Counted from the first letter of the stretch, positions 46,018 through 54,993 are shown. The stretch is DNA of 64,000 bases from an uncultured Dehalococcoidaceae bacterium (GCA_964480145.1 CAYZOI010000001.1:4530-68529); one strand, 5' to 3'. Notes: generated by a model from the sequence alone, not told the origin. Made by a program: numbers and translations.

Positions 46018-46254
46018 ATGCCCATTTATGAATACACCTGTGCCGATTGCGAGCTTACTTTTGAATTGATGAAGCCATTCAACGAGGCGGATAAAGATGC
46101 TTCCTGCCCCCGCTGTCACAAACAGGCCAGACGAATCATGTCGCCCTGCGTTTGCCTTTCCAAGAACGGCAGCGGGGAAATGTCCCGGGTTTCCGGCACC
46201 GGGAGTTCATGCGCCAGCTGCGGTGCCAGCAGTTGCGCTACCTGCGGTCACTAG
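46018..46254 (+). CDS. FmdB-family Zn-ribbon protein
   Basis: 78 aa. MPIYEYTCADC..x..CPRC signature and a Cys/Ser-rich tail. Confidence 0.8.
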   Translation: MPIYEYTCADCELTFELMKPFNEADKDASCPRCHKQARRIMSPCVCLSKNGSGEMSRVSGTGSSCASCGASSCATCGH

Positions 46255-46352
46255 CGTGAAGAAATAGGCTTCAAACCGACTTAACCACATTAGTTGAAAA
46301 CCTATTACGTCGTAACTGCATTCCGCGCGGACACGAGCCAAAGCAGGCAACC

Positions 46353-47417
46353 TTATTTCTTCTTATATTGTTTCATCGCAGACTTAATGAATTGTCCGAA
46401 TTTCCTATCCTTTTTTCGTTTTTCAATATAAGACATTTGATAGTGTTCGGATTCTTTTTTTAACTTGAGGAAGCTTTGATAGTGAGTTTCACTTATGTCG
46501 CCACTTTGAACGGCTCTCAGCACTGAACAGCCGGCTTCATGCGTATGAGTACAATCATTGAAACAGCATTCTTTGGACAAGTTTTGAATATCTGAAAAGC
46601 TCTCCTCAATACCCGACTCGACACCGATATTACCTAATTCTCTCATGCCTGGAGTATCGATTATCATTGCTCCTTGGTCAAGGACTACTAATTGTCGACG
46701 AGCTGTTGTATGTCTTCCCTTCCCGTCCTTCTCTCTGACCAAGTTTATTTTAAATGCGCCGCGCCCAATCAGACGATTTAGGAGAGTAGTTTTACCCACT
46801 CCAGATGAACCAAGCAGACAATAAGTTCTACCAGGCTCCAGCACCTGCTGGATTTCGGATAACCCTAAACCAGTTTCAATACTGTAGGCAATGGTTTTAC
46901 ATTTGATACCTGTATTTCTTATCTCTGAGATATTACTCTCCAATTCTTTTTGGCTGACCAGGTCACTCTTACTCAATAGAATCACAGGCTCGATATAACT
47001 ATCGTTTACCATCACCAGGTATCGTTCTAGTCTGCGCAGATTGAAATTGAAATCACATGACTGAACAATAAATGCCACATCGATGTTCGAAGCAATTATC
47101 TGATAATCGACTTTCTTACCGGCGATCTTACGTCTTAGTATTGTTTTCCTCGGTAATAGGTCGTAAATAATAGCGAATGTATTATCGTTGTAGTATTGAA
47201 CAAATGCCCAATCTCCAACCGCAGGATATTTGATTATCGACTCTGCGGAAAACCTGAATTCGCCCGCAAGTTCGGATAGGACTTCGCTATGTTCATTCCT
47301 AACAAGATAGCTACCTTTGTTGACAGCTGTAATGCGGGCTATGCTGTGGTCAGGTTTGCTTGATTCCTTCTGCCTCTGCTTAAACCAGTCATTGAATCCG
47401 AGAGTCTGCAATTCCAT
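46353..47417 (-). CDS. rsgA: ribosome small-subunit-dependent GTPase A (circularly permuted GTPase)
   Basis: 354 aa. Order G4 (LSKSD), G1 (GSSGVGKTTL), G3 (DTPG), then C-terminal Zn cluster CxFxDCxHxxExxC. The gene is strikingly AT-rich. Confidence 0.85.
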   Translation of the reverse strand: MELQTLGFNDWFKQRQKESSKPDHSIARITAVNKGSYLVRNEHSEVLSELAGEFRFSAESIIKYPAVGDWAFVQYYNDNTFAIIYDLLPRKTILRRKIAGKKVDYQIIASNIDVAFIVQSCDFNFNLRRLERYLVMVNDSYIEPVILLSKSDLVSQKELESNISEIRNTGIKCKTIAYSIETGLGLSEIQQVLEPGRTYCLLGSSGVGKTTLLNRLIGRGAFKINLVREKDGKGRHTTARRQLVVLDQGAMIIDTPGMRELGNIGVESGIEESFSDIQNLSKECCFNDCTHTHEAGCSVLRAVQSGDISETHYQSFLKLKKESEHYQMSYIEKRKKDRKFGQFIKSAMKQYKKK

Positions 47418-47428
47418 AGTAATTGTAG

Positions 47429-48088
47429 CTACGCTATCCCCTCAAGCCCCCTGACCACGTCATTGAGGTCATTGAAGGGCGTGCACTTCAAACCATTTTG
47501 CTGGTAGTGGGCCAGCAGGTCATCGCGGGCAAAGACATAGTGGGACAGACTGGCCGGCATTATATCCGAATACCCGTCGCCAATGTAGGCCACGCGGTAG
47601 CCCTGACTCAAATGCCGTTCCACGTATGATTGCTTAAATTTATCCAGCACTTGCTGACCATTCGGGCCGATGTAAGTAATCTTGAGTCCATCAGGGTTAA
47701 ACTCGGTATGCGCGGCAAAGACCTCTATACCCGTAACGCCCTCACGTTTCAGGATAGCATCGATGTAAAACTTCAGTCCGTTGCTGACGATGATAAATTC
47801 AAAGCCCTTTCGCGAACATAAGTCCAGCAGCTCCTTGAATCCGGGGCGGATGCTTACCCGTTTGCCGATAAAAAGATAATCAACCATCGTCGCCTCATCG
47901 GCTTTAATCATGTTGAAAGTCCTCTGGCTGAAGACGCCGACCGGTATCTTATGCTCACGATACTCCTGCAAAATCTGCCGCCAGTCGCCGTCGGCAAAGG
48001 CATCGAGGAGCATAAAGCTCACATCAAATTCGGCGATGGTGTTGTCAAAGTCGCATTGAACCAGTGTTTTAACTTCGGTGGAACTCAT
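47429..48088 (-). CDS. HAD-IB phosphatase (MtnX / phosphoserine-phosphatase-like)
   Basis: 219 aa. Motif I CDFDNTI, motif II VSNG, motif IV GDGYSD. Confidence 0.75.
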   Translation of the reverse strand: MSSTEVKTLVQCDFDNTIAEFDVSFMLLDAFADGDWRQILQEYREHKIPVGVFSQRTFNMIKADEATMVDYLFIGKRVSIRPGFKELLDLCSRKGFEFIIVSNGLKFYIDAILKREGVTGIEVFAAHTEFNPDGLKITYIGPNGQQVLDKFKQSYVERHLSQGYRVAYIGDGYSDIMPASLSHYVFARDDLLAHYQQNGLKCTPFNDLNDVVRGLEGIA

Positions 48089-48236
48089 GTTTTCTCCGGT
48101 AGTCGGTGATAATTTTGCGGTATCGGCTGCAAACCAGATGGTAAACAGCGTTCCCCATACAAGATACCATTGAAGCAGCGTGGAAGTCTATCCGCCGAGG
48201 TGTTAAAATGAAATCGGGCATTGGAAGGAGACATGA

Positions 48237-49055
48237 TTGGCTGGTAATTCCTACAGACTTCTGGCGCTGGACATTGACGGCACGCTGGTAAATCGACACG
48301 GCACAATTTCGGACAGGGACAAAGAGGCATTGTCCCGCGCCCGCGAATCAGGAATACAGGTGGCGCTGTCCACCGGTCGCGGCCTTCAGGCTACCACAGA
48401 TGTTATCACGGAGCTTTCACTTGACAGCTACCATATTTCTTTTGATGGTGCGCTGGTCAGCCACCCCGGTTCCAGCGATGAAATATACGCAAACCCCATC
48501 AGCAAGGAACTGGTGAGGCAGATGATTGATGCCGCTCACGATTGCGGCGTTGACCTTGAGCTTTTCACCGTGACCCACTACTTCGTAGAGCGGGAGACGT
48601 GGTCTACCGAAGCCCACCGCGACTTCTTCAATACGCCCGCAACAATCGTCGACTTCCATCAGGTCTGGGAGTGGGAGAGGGTCATCAAAGGCGGGCTGGT
48701 GAGCACCAGCCCCGAGGAAGCGTCCAAGGTCACCGGTTTCCGCCGCCGACTTGACCACCAGCTTCACTTTTCACTGGCCAAAGCTCCGGCCTTTCCCGAG
48801 GTGGATTTCACCAACGTTCTCTCCCTTGGCGTCTCCAAAGGGAAGGCTCTGGAAAAGCTGGCCGCCCATCTGCAGGTGCCTCTCGGCGAGGTTATTGCCA
48901 TTGGGGACGGCACCAACGATATCTCACTGCTGACAGTGGCAGGGGTAGCCATCGCCATGGGTAATGCCGCGGACGAGGTGAAAGCAATCGCCGATTACGT
49001 TACCCTTGACGTTGACCACAGCGGACTGGCGGCAGCCATCGACAAATACATCTAG
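48237..49055 (+). CDS. Cof-type HAD-IIB hydrolase
   Basis: 272 aa. LALDIDGTL, ..STGR.., ..GDGTND... Confidence 0.8.
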   Translation: MAGNSYRLLALDIDGTLVNRHGTISDRDKEALSRARESGIQVALSTGRGLQATTDVITELSLDSYHISFDGALVSHPGSSDEIYANPISKELVRQMIDAAHDCGVDLELFTVTHYFVERETWSTEAHRDFFNTPATIVDFHQVWEWERVIKGGLVSTSPEEASKVTGFRRRLDHQLHFSLAKAPAFPEVDFTNVLSLGVSKGKALEKLAAHLQVPLGEVIAIGDGTNDISLLTVAGVAIAMGNAADEVKAIADYVTLDVDHSGLAAAIDKYI

Positions 49056-49882
49056 CCCAGAAACCGCACCAGCAGGTCTGAAAATTCACCAATTCTCTGC
49101 CGGTAAACACTGTGCCCGGAATTCTGGAAAACGCTCACCTGACAGTTCGGAATTTGCTCAGCAGCGAGGAAAGCATGGTGAACCGGGACGATATTATCCT
49201 TGGCGCCCCAGACCAGCAATGTTGGCATCAGTAACTCGGAAAGCTGGTTCAGAAGAACCGTGGTCTGACCCTTCACCGTCATCACGCTCTTCCCGATGCT
49301 CATCCTGAGAAGAGAAGGCGGGGTTATTTTTTCCAGCGGGCAGTGCAGGTTCCTGGTCAGCCACCCTATTGCCCGGAATACACCGACGACGGTCTTCCTG
49401 GCAATGCGGTAAAACACGGGCAGAGACATAATTCTGGCCCAGAGCGCGATTTCTCTTCCCAGGCAGAGGCTGCTGACCAGGACCAGCCGCTTGATGCGAT
49501 GTGGAAAATCCAGCGCGTAGCGCAGGGCGATTCCCCCGCCCAGCGAATGCCCGACAAGGTGAAAGTGCCCCAGCCCCAGACTGCGGGAGAAGTCCTCCAC
49601 GAACGTGACATATGAAGACAGGTCAAAGTCCTCTTCAGCGGCTTTGCTGCGACCGAAACCGGGGAGGTCCGGCAGATAGACCTGATAATACTTGGAGAGC
49701 TCAGCGACATTTTTCAGCCAGGCATGACCACTGTCACCGCCGCCATGAATCACAATCAATGGTTCACCTTCCCCGCCGGTTAAATAGTGGATATCAAGGT
49801 GCCCCACTTTAATGCGGCCCGGACGCAGGCTAACCTCATCAAAGCCGGGGCATTCCTTTTCAGTTAGATTACGCTTTGCCAT
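49052..49882 (-). CDS. alpha/beta-fold hydrolase
   Basis: 276 aa. HGGG oxyanion region and nucleophile elbow GHSLGG. Confidence 0.8.
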   Translation of the reverse strand: MAKRNLTEKECPGFDEVSLRPGRIKVGHLDIHYLTGGEGEPLIVIHGGGDSGHAWLKNVAELSKYYQVYLPDLPGFGRSKAAEEDFDLSSYVTFVEDFSRSLGLGHFHLVGHSLGGGIALRYALDFPHRIKRLVLVSSLCLGREIALWARIMSLPVFYRIARKTVVGVFRAIGWLTRNLHCPLEKITPPSLLRMSIGKSVMTVKGQTTVLLNQLSELLMPTLLVWGAKDNIVPVHHAFLAAEQIPNCQVSVFQNSGHSVYRQRIGEFSDLLVRFLG

Positions 49883-49967
49883 CCAACGCTCCTGTCTCCA
49901 CCCATCCGTTTGACCAAAGTTGTTTTTTAAATCCTATACCGAAAAGGCTGAAGAAACGCTAAATAAC

Positions 49968-49996
49968 CATTGCCAAAAGCTTACAAAATGGCAATG
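49968..49996. promoter_or_regulatory. inverted repeat CATTGCCA, 13 nt spacer, TGGCAATG (operator-like)
   Basis: Read directly in the divergent intergenic region between the hydrolase gene and the flavin reductase / Mo-enzyme genes. Confidence 0.3.
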
Positions 49997-50048
49997 AATA
50001 AAACATTAAATAACATCGCACAAGATGAATGTTCACCGGGCGCGCGTA

Positions 50049-50057
50049 TGTTATAAT
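50049..50057 (+). promoter_or_regulatory. extended -10 element TGTTATAAT
   Basis: Read directly, about 145 nt upstream of ATG50202. No good -35. Confidence 0.35.
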
Positions 50058-50088
50058 TAAGATGCTCGGGATTTTCCATGCAAAAAGA

Positions 50089-50111
50089 AAGGCGGGCGCC
50101 TTCGCCGCCTT
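50089..50111. terminator. orphan GC-rich hairpin AAGGCGG-(9 nt)-CCGCCTT with T-rich flanks on both strands
   Basis: On the minus strand it is followed by TCTTTTT. On the plus strand it is followed by CTATATATATTTT. It lies in a 5' leader / divergent region and is not downstream of any gene. Confidence 0.35.
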
Positions 50112-50201
50112 CTATATATATTTTAACCTAATCGAGTCGCTGACTTCAAACCGCGGCTCTTCATTGAAATCTGTCGAATATCATTGTAAGGAGGTACATA
50201 T

Positions 50202-50780
50202 ATGGCCAAAGTTCAAATGGGTCCCGGACACAATATTTACCCGATGCCCACGCTCCTGGTCGGCGCCAATGTCAATGGCAAGCCAAACTTCATGACCGTG
50301 GCGTGGGGTAATATCGCCAATGCCGAACCACCCATGGCGGCAGTCGCCATACGGGTCAAACGCTATACTCGCATTGGCATTGAGCAGAACAGGACTTTCT
50401 CCGTCAATATCCCTTCTGCCGACCTGGTGAAAGAGGCCGACTACTGCGGCATTGTCTCTGGCGCCAAGGTAGATAAAGTTCAAGCCTGCCATTTCACCAC
50501 GTTTTACGGCAAGCTGGGCACGGCGCCGATGATTGAACAGTGCCCGATAAATCTGGAGTGCAGTGTTGTGCATTCTTTGGAGCTGGGCAGCCATTTCCTC
50601 TATATTGGGCGGATTGAGGAGGTCCATGTCTCCAGCGACTATCTTACTGAAGGCAGGATTGACCTGGACAAAGTTAAGCCCCTGGCCCACATGGCAGAGC
50701 CTTTGCGGCAGTATCACACCATGGGCGAGTTTCAGGGAAAGGCATTCAACATCGGCCTGGAACTCAAAGGAAAAGAATAG
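50202..50780 (+). CDS. flavin reductase-like FMN-binding protein
   Basis: 192 aa. Flavin_Reduct-type beta-barrel pattern (..PTLLVGANVNGKPNFMTVAW..). Strong SD AAGGAGG. Confidence 0.75.
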   Translation: MAKVQMGPGHNIYPMPTLLVGANVNGKPNFMTVAWGNIANAEPPMAAVAIRVKRYTRIGIEQNRTFSVNIPSADLVKEADYCGIVSGAKVDKVQACHFTTFYGKLGTAPMIEQCPINLECSVVHSLELGSHFLYIGRIEEVHVSSDYLTEGRIDLDKVKPLAHMAEPLRQYHTMGEFQGKAFNIGLELKGKE

Positions 50781-50790
50781 ATATTTTTCC

Positions 50791-52932
50791 ATGGAAAGCG
50801 ATAGAGCCGATGCCGAGAGCAGGGTGGTGACCACCAGTTGTGATTACGACTGCGGCGGCCGCTGCCTCCTGAAGATACACGTTAATAAAGGCGAAATCAC
50901 CCGAATCGACGCCGGGGAAGGGCCGTTGCCCGGCCTGAAAGCCTGTCCCCGGGGTCTGGCTCAGAAAGAGGTCGTGTACGCGAAAGACCGCCTCAGGCAA
51001 CCATTGCAAAGAGTGGGGAAAAGGGGCAGCGGGGAATTCAAGCCAATCTCATGGGAAGAAGCACTCGGCGTCGTGGCACGAGAAGTCCAGAGAGTTAAAG
51101 ACCAGTACGGAACCAGCGCCATATTTCTCATGGACCACACTGGCTCCATGAGTCCTTTGCATGGTACTTTTCAGAAAATTGGCCGCCGCTTTTTCTCCTT
51201 TCTGGGAGATTATACTACCTGGTGGGGCAATACCTCTTTAGAAGCCGCCGTTTTTTCCTCCCTTTTTACCTTTGGCGACACCTTTACCGGGACCAGCCGG
51301 GATAACTTCCTCCACTCCAGGCTAATCATCATGTGGGGCTGGAATCCGGTGGTCACCCGCTTCGGCCCCGATACCACTCACTACCTGTCCCAGGCAAAGA
51401 AAGCGGGAGCCAGAATTATCTGCGTTGACCCGAGATACACCATCTCAGCGAAGGCTCTGGCTGAGCAGTGGATACCGATAAAGCCGGGGACGGACACCGC
51501 CATGCTCCTGGCCATGGCCTACGTTATGATTGATGAGGCAACTTATGACCACCATTTCATAGACACCTACACTGTGGGCTTCGAGAAATTCAAAGATTAT
51601 GTCAAGGGCGAAGAAGACGGGGTGCCCAAAACACCTCACTGGGCTGAGGGTATCACCGGCGTGCCCGCGGAGACTATAAAACAGTTAGCCCGGGACTACG
51701 CTACTCTCAAACCAGCCGCCCTTTATGCCAGCTGGGCGCCGGGGCGGACGGCCTTCGGCGAGCAATATCACCGGGCGGCAAGCACTCTGGCAGCTATGAC
51801 CGGCAATATCGGCGTCACCGGCGGTTTTGCGTCGGGGGGTACCGGTCGAATCCCCCTTGGTTTGCTCAGCAAGACTTTACCCGTGCCGAAAAGTCCATCT
51901 CATTTTGTACATGTCACCGATATTTATGATGCCCTGTTAGAAGGGAAAGCCGGCGGCTACCCGAGTGATATCAAACTGCTCTATATCATCGGCTGCAATT
52001 TATTGAACCAGTTTTTGAATACCAATAAAGGCGTATCGGCACTTCAGAGACCGGAGTTCATCGTGGCGCATGAGCTTTTTCTCACCCCCACCGCCCGCTA
52101 TGCTGATATTGTTCTGCCCGTCACCACCGCCCTTGAGCGCACAGATATCGGGCAACCCTGGACCGGAGGGCCTTATTTTATTCATATGGACAAGGCCATA
52201 GAGCCATTACCGCAAACCAAATCAGATTTGGCCATCTTCACTGAGCTGGCTTCCCGGCTGGGTATACCAGATTATAATGACAACTCAGAAGAAGACTGGC
52301 TCAGGGAGTTTGCCGCGGCCACTCCAGACCTTCCCGAATACGAGGTTTTCAAACGTGCAGGAGTTCACCGCATCCCTCTGGAACAGCCCTGGGTCGCCTT
52401 CAGGGAACAGATTGAGGACCCGGCCCATCACCGCTTCCCCACACCCTCTGGCAAGATAGAAATATACAGCCAGCAGCTGGCGGAAAGGCAGGACCCGCTG
52501 CTTCCCCCCATCCCCAAATACATTCCACCCTGGGAAGGCCCGGATGACCCCGCTACAAGCAAGTTCCCCATTCAGATGGTGACTCCCCACTCAAGGGCGC
52601 GGGTTAACTCACAGTGGCACGGTATCTCCCGGCTGGATGCGCTGGCAGATGATACCGTCTGGTTAAATCCCGGCGACGCACGGTCACGAGGTATTATCGA
52701 TGGCAACAGGGTGAAAATTCACAATGGCCGCGGGCAACTTCTTACCACCGCCAGGGTAACCGAGCATGTTATGCCCGGGGTCGCCAGTCTGGATGCAGGC
52801 GCCTGGTTTGAGCCGGACAGCGAGGGCATTGACCGCGGGGGCTGCGTCAATGTACTCACCAGAGACAAATCTTCCCCCGGAGGTTCTTTTGCCTGCAATA
52901 GCTGTCTGGTGGAAATAGAGAAAGCTGTATAA
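50791..52932 (+). CDS. molybdopterin (bis-MGD) oxidoreductase catalytic subunit, cytoplasmic type
   Basis: The track ORF 50563.. overlaps the flavin reductase. ATG50791 (MESDRADAESRVVTTSCDYDCGGRC) is preferred. 713 aa with DMSO-reductase-family length and layout. No twin-arginine signal is visible. Confidence 0.8.
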   Translation: MESDRADAESRVVTTSCDYDCGGRCLLKIHVNKGEITRIDAGEGPLPGLKACPRGLAQKEVVYAKDRLRQPLQRVGKRGSGEFKPISWEEALGVVAREVQRVKDQYGTSAIFLMDHTGSMSPLHGTFQKIGRRFFSFLGDYTTWWGNTSLEAAVFSSLFTFGDTFTGTSRDNFLHSRLIIMWGWNPVVTRFGPDTTHYLSQAKKAGARIICVDPRYTISAKALAEQWIPIKPGTDTAMLLAMAYVMIDEATYDHHFIDTYTVGFEKFKDYVKGEEDGVPKTPHWAEGITGVPAETIKQLARDYATLKPAALYASWAPGRTAFGEQYHRAASTLAAMTGNIGVTGGFASGGTGRIPLGLLSKTLPVPKSPSHFVHVTDIYDALLEGKAGGYPSDIKLLYIIGCNLLNQFLNTNKGVSALQRPEFIVAHELFLTPTARYADIVLPVTTALERTDIGQPWTGGPYFIHMDKAIEPLPQTKSDLAIFTELASRLGIPDYNDNSEEDWLREFAAATPDLPEYEVFKRAGVHRIPLEQPWVAFREQIEDPAHHRFPTPSGKIEIYSQQLAERQDPLLPPIPKYIPPWEGPDDPATSKFPIQMVTPHSRARVNSQWHGISRLDALADDTVWLNPGDARSRGIIDGNRVKIHNGRGQLLTTARVTEHVMPGVASLDAGAWFEPDSEGIDRGGCVNVLTRDKSSPGGSFACNSCLVEIEKAV

Positions 52933-52942
52933 GAGAGTCCGG

Positions 52943-53644
52943 TCAGGCTTCTTCAGGTCGGTATTTTTTTACCGCTTCCGGGTCGTAGGGCGCCCTTCGC
53001 CCGATGCATTGCTCCCGCGGACATAGCTGGCAGCTCTCAAAGCTGACCTCAGTGGGGAAAAATATCCCGGATATCGACTTGATAGGTACCATCAGGAAAG
53101 TATCGGTGAGCCTGACACCGATGAGTTCCTCGACCTTTTCCCTTCCCCCGAAGATGGAGAACAGTTCCATTTGCTGCGTTATTGGCCAGTCAATTTCGGC
53201 ACCGGCCCCCGGTGCCATTCTGGATAATTGCCCCAGAGCATACCTTTTCTTTAAGTAGCTCTCAACCTGTTGCCGGGCCAGTACCAGCGCCGTCTCTTTT
53301 ATCTGGTCAAGATAATATCCCTTGATGAAATCGGTAGACGGTATATCAATCTCTTCAAGTTCCCGACCGCAGGTGATGATGTAAGGAAAGACACGCTCCA
53401 CTTTGTCCAGATTCACCCGGAGGACCCGGCTGGTAAATTTAACACCGCCGATTTGCAGCGAGTCCTCGTTCTTATTCTCAACATAGGAAACCTCGTAGAC
53501 TGCCTTCGGTCTGGCGATAGGGGCGGCAATATCCAGCATCTCCCGTATATTGTCCAAAATATTGTCGTTCCTTTTGCGGAGGCGCATCCGTTTTATAACG
53601 GCTTCAAGTTCCAGTTCAATCGGGATACTGTTCAATACTTCCAT
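52943..53644 (-). CDS. methionine-synthase activation-domain-like protein (Met_synt_B12-like)
   Basis: 233 aa. ..SRMAPGAGAEIDWPITQQMELFSIFG..IGVRLTDTFLMVPIKSISGIFFP.. resembles the MetH reactivation domain. C-terminal CQLCPREQC. Confidence 0.55.
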   Translation of the reverse strand: MEVLNSIPIELELEAVIKRMRLRKRNDNILDNIREMLDIAAPIARPKAVYEVSYVENKNEDSLQIGGVKFTSRVLRVNLDKVERVFPYIITCGRELEEIDIPSTDFIKGYYLDQIKETALVLARQQVESYLKKRYALGQLSRMAPGAGAEIDWPITQQMELFSIFGGREKVEELIGVRLTDTFLMVPIKSISGIFFPTEVSFESCQLCPREQCIGRRAPYDPEAVKKYRPEEA

Positions 53645-53724
53645 TGTGCTACCTCAAAAAACAGGCGCTATGCTTGATAAAGAGATTTATTCCCGGGCAA
53701 ACAGGTACCGGGTTGTATGCGAGA

Positions 53725-54081
53725 TTAGTGCAGGCGCTCGCGGATGGCCTTGCGCACGGCGTCCTCTATCGTTTCCTCAACTTTCCGGGTACGCTCGTAT
53801 TCCAGTCTGGCCAGCTCTTCCTCACAGAAGCGTTCAAACATCTGTCTCCCCTGTCTCCAGCCAGTAAGCCACACCATGCCCAATCCGAAGGCGGCCAGCG
53901 GCGCTACGATTTCAAGGACGACTCCCTGAAAGAGCAGGATAATGACGATTATCAGAACGACAAAGAGAAAAATGGCGATATTAAGATCCCATCTGGCCGT
54001 GCGTGCCCTGTCTTTTGCCCTCTGGATGGCAAGCCGTTCCTTCTCTTTGTTTCCACGCTCGGAAGCCTGCTCCTCTTCCAA
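53725..54081 (-). CDS. hypothetical membrane protein (2 TM segments, charged termini)
   Basis: 118 aa. Central hydrophobic segments are flanked by K/R/E-rich helices. No recognisable family. Confidence 0.5.
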   Translation of the reverse strand: MEEEQASERGNKEKERLAIQRAKDRARTARWDLNIAIFLFVVLIIVIILLFQGVVLEIVAPLAAFGLGMVWLTGWRQGRQMFERFCEEELARLEYERTRKVEETIEDAVRKAIRERLH

Positions 54082-54235
54082 CGTATCACCTCTTCTTTTC
54101 CCAAGACAAACGTCTCAGGGTTCCCTTGCCAGACTGCCTCCCCACCCCCATACTTATATGCTATTTTCCCCTAATGCTCCACTCCTGTCAAGCAGAACGG
54201 TGGCCGGCTAAAGCATCTCGCGCATAGCTGAGTGC

Positions 54236-54460
54236 TTACCTCTTCCAAAAAGTGAACAGGCGTTTCCACCAGGGATTCCTCTCTCCCAATCCCTGGATGG
54301 CAAATATATGTTCGCATTTACCACAACGCCAGGTCCGGAACTGCTCGTTGTAGTATGTTCTAGAGCTGCCGCAGCGGGGGCACGTGGTGCGTATCCTGGC
54401 CTCAGTTTCCTTATCCATATTTCGCCAGTATCGGTCATACCAGCCCGGGCGTGATGGCAT
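54236..54460 (-). CDS. hypothetical Zn-ribbon protein
   Basis: 74 aa. CPRCG..x..CGKC ribbon and a Trp/Arg-rich composition. Confidence 0.5.
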   Translation of the reverse strand: MPSRPGWYDRYWRNMDKETEARIRTTCPRCGSSRTYYNEQFRTWRCGKCEHIFAIQGLGERNPWWKRLFTFWKR

Positions 54461-54481
54461 ATCAGTCTCCTGTAAATGAAA

Positions 54482-54943
54482 TTAAGCTTTCAGTCGATTC
54501 CCGATTGTGATGCCAAAGTCCTGACATCTGGGTAGCTCACCTTCGGTGATTGGTCCTTTCATCCCTTCGACCCTGACAGATAGTCCGGGTGCCATGAGTG
54601 ATAGCGACGGTGCCTTTTCACCTATCTGCTTTTCCATCTTTTTCATCGCTTTCTCTAAATCCCGGCCCATATACGTATCGAAAACCGCCGCCAGCTTTCC
54701 CTCAAAACTGAACTCAGCAAGTCCATCAATGAATTTCCTGATGCTCCTGGTGGCATTACCCATGTGGTTGGGCGAACCGATAACGATGGCATCAAATTCG
54801 GTAAGCCCTTCGGGATTTACCTCCTTCAGTTCACGTACCTCAGGTTCAACACCGGAAGCCTGTCTTATACCTTCGGCAATCGTTTCGGCAACCAGTCGGG
54901 TGTTGCCATACTTTGACTCATAGATGACTATCGCCCTGGCTAT
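54482..54943 (-). CDS. flavodoxin-like protein (N-terminus lacks a canonical start codon)
   Basis: The track lists only the C-terminal 93 aa (54482..54763). The same frame stays open to 54970 and encodes (I)ARAIVIYESKYGNTRLVAETIA..AIVIGSPNH. There is no ATG/GTG/TTG there. ATA at 54941-54943 follows GGGAGTGG. Confidence 0.55.
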   Translation of the reverse strand: MARAIVIYESKYGNTRLVAETIAEGIRQASGVEPEVRELKEVNPEGLTEFDAIVIGSPNHMGNATRSIRKFIDGLAEFSFEGKLAAVFDTYMGRDLEKAMKKMEKQIGEKAPSLSLMAPGLSVRVEGMKGPITEGELPRCQDFGITIGNRLKA

Positions 54944-54993
54944 TTTACCACTCCCTTTTATGACATTTACTCAAACAACTATATAAGGACAGA

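Noticed and set aside
50563-50790. 76-codon upstream extension of the molybdoenzyme
   Set aside because: It overlaps the flavin reductase gene in another frame. ATG50791 directly precedes the Cys-cluster N-terminus.
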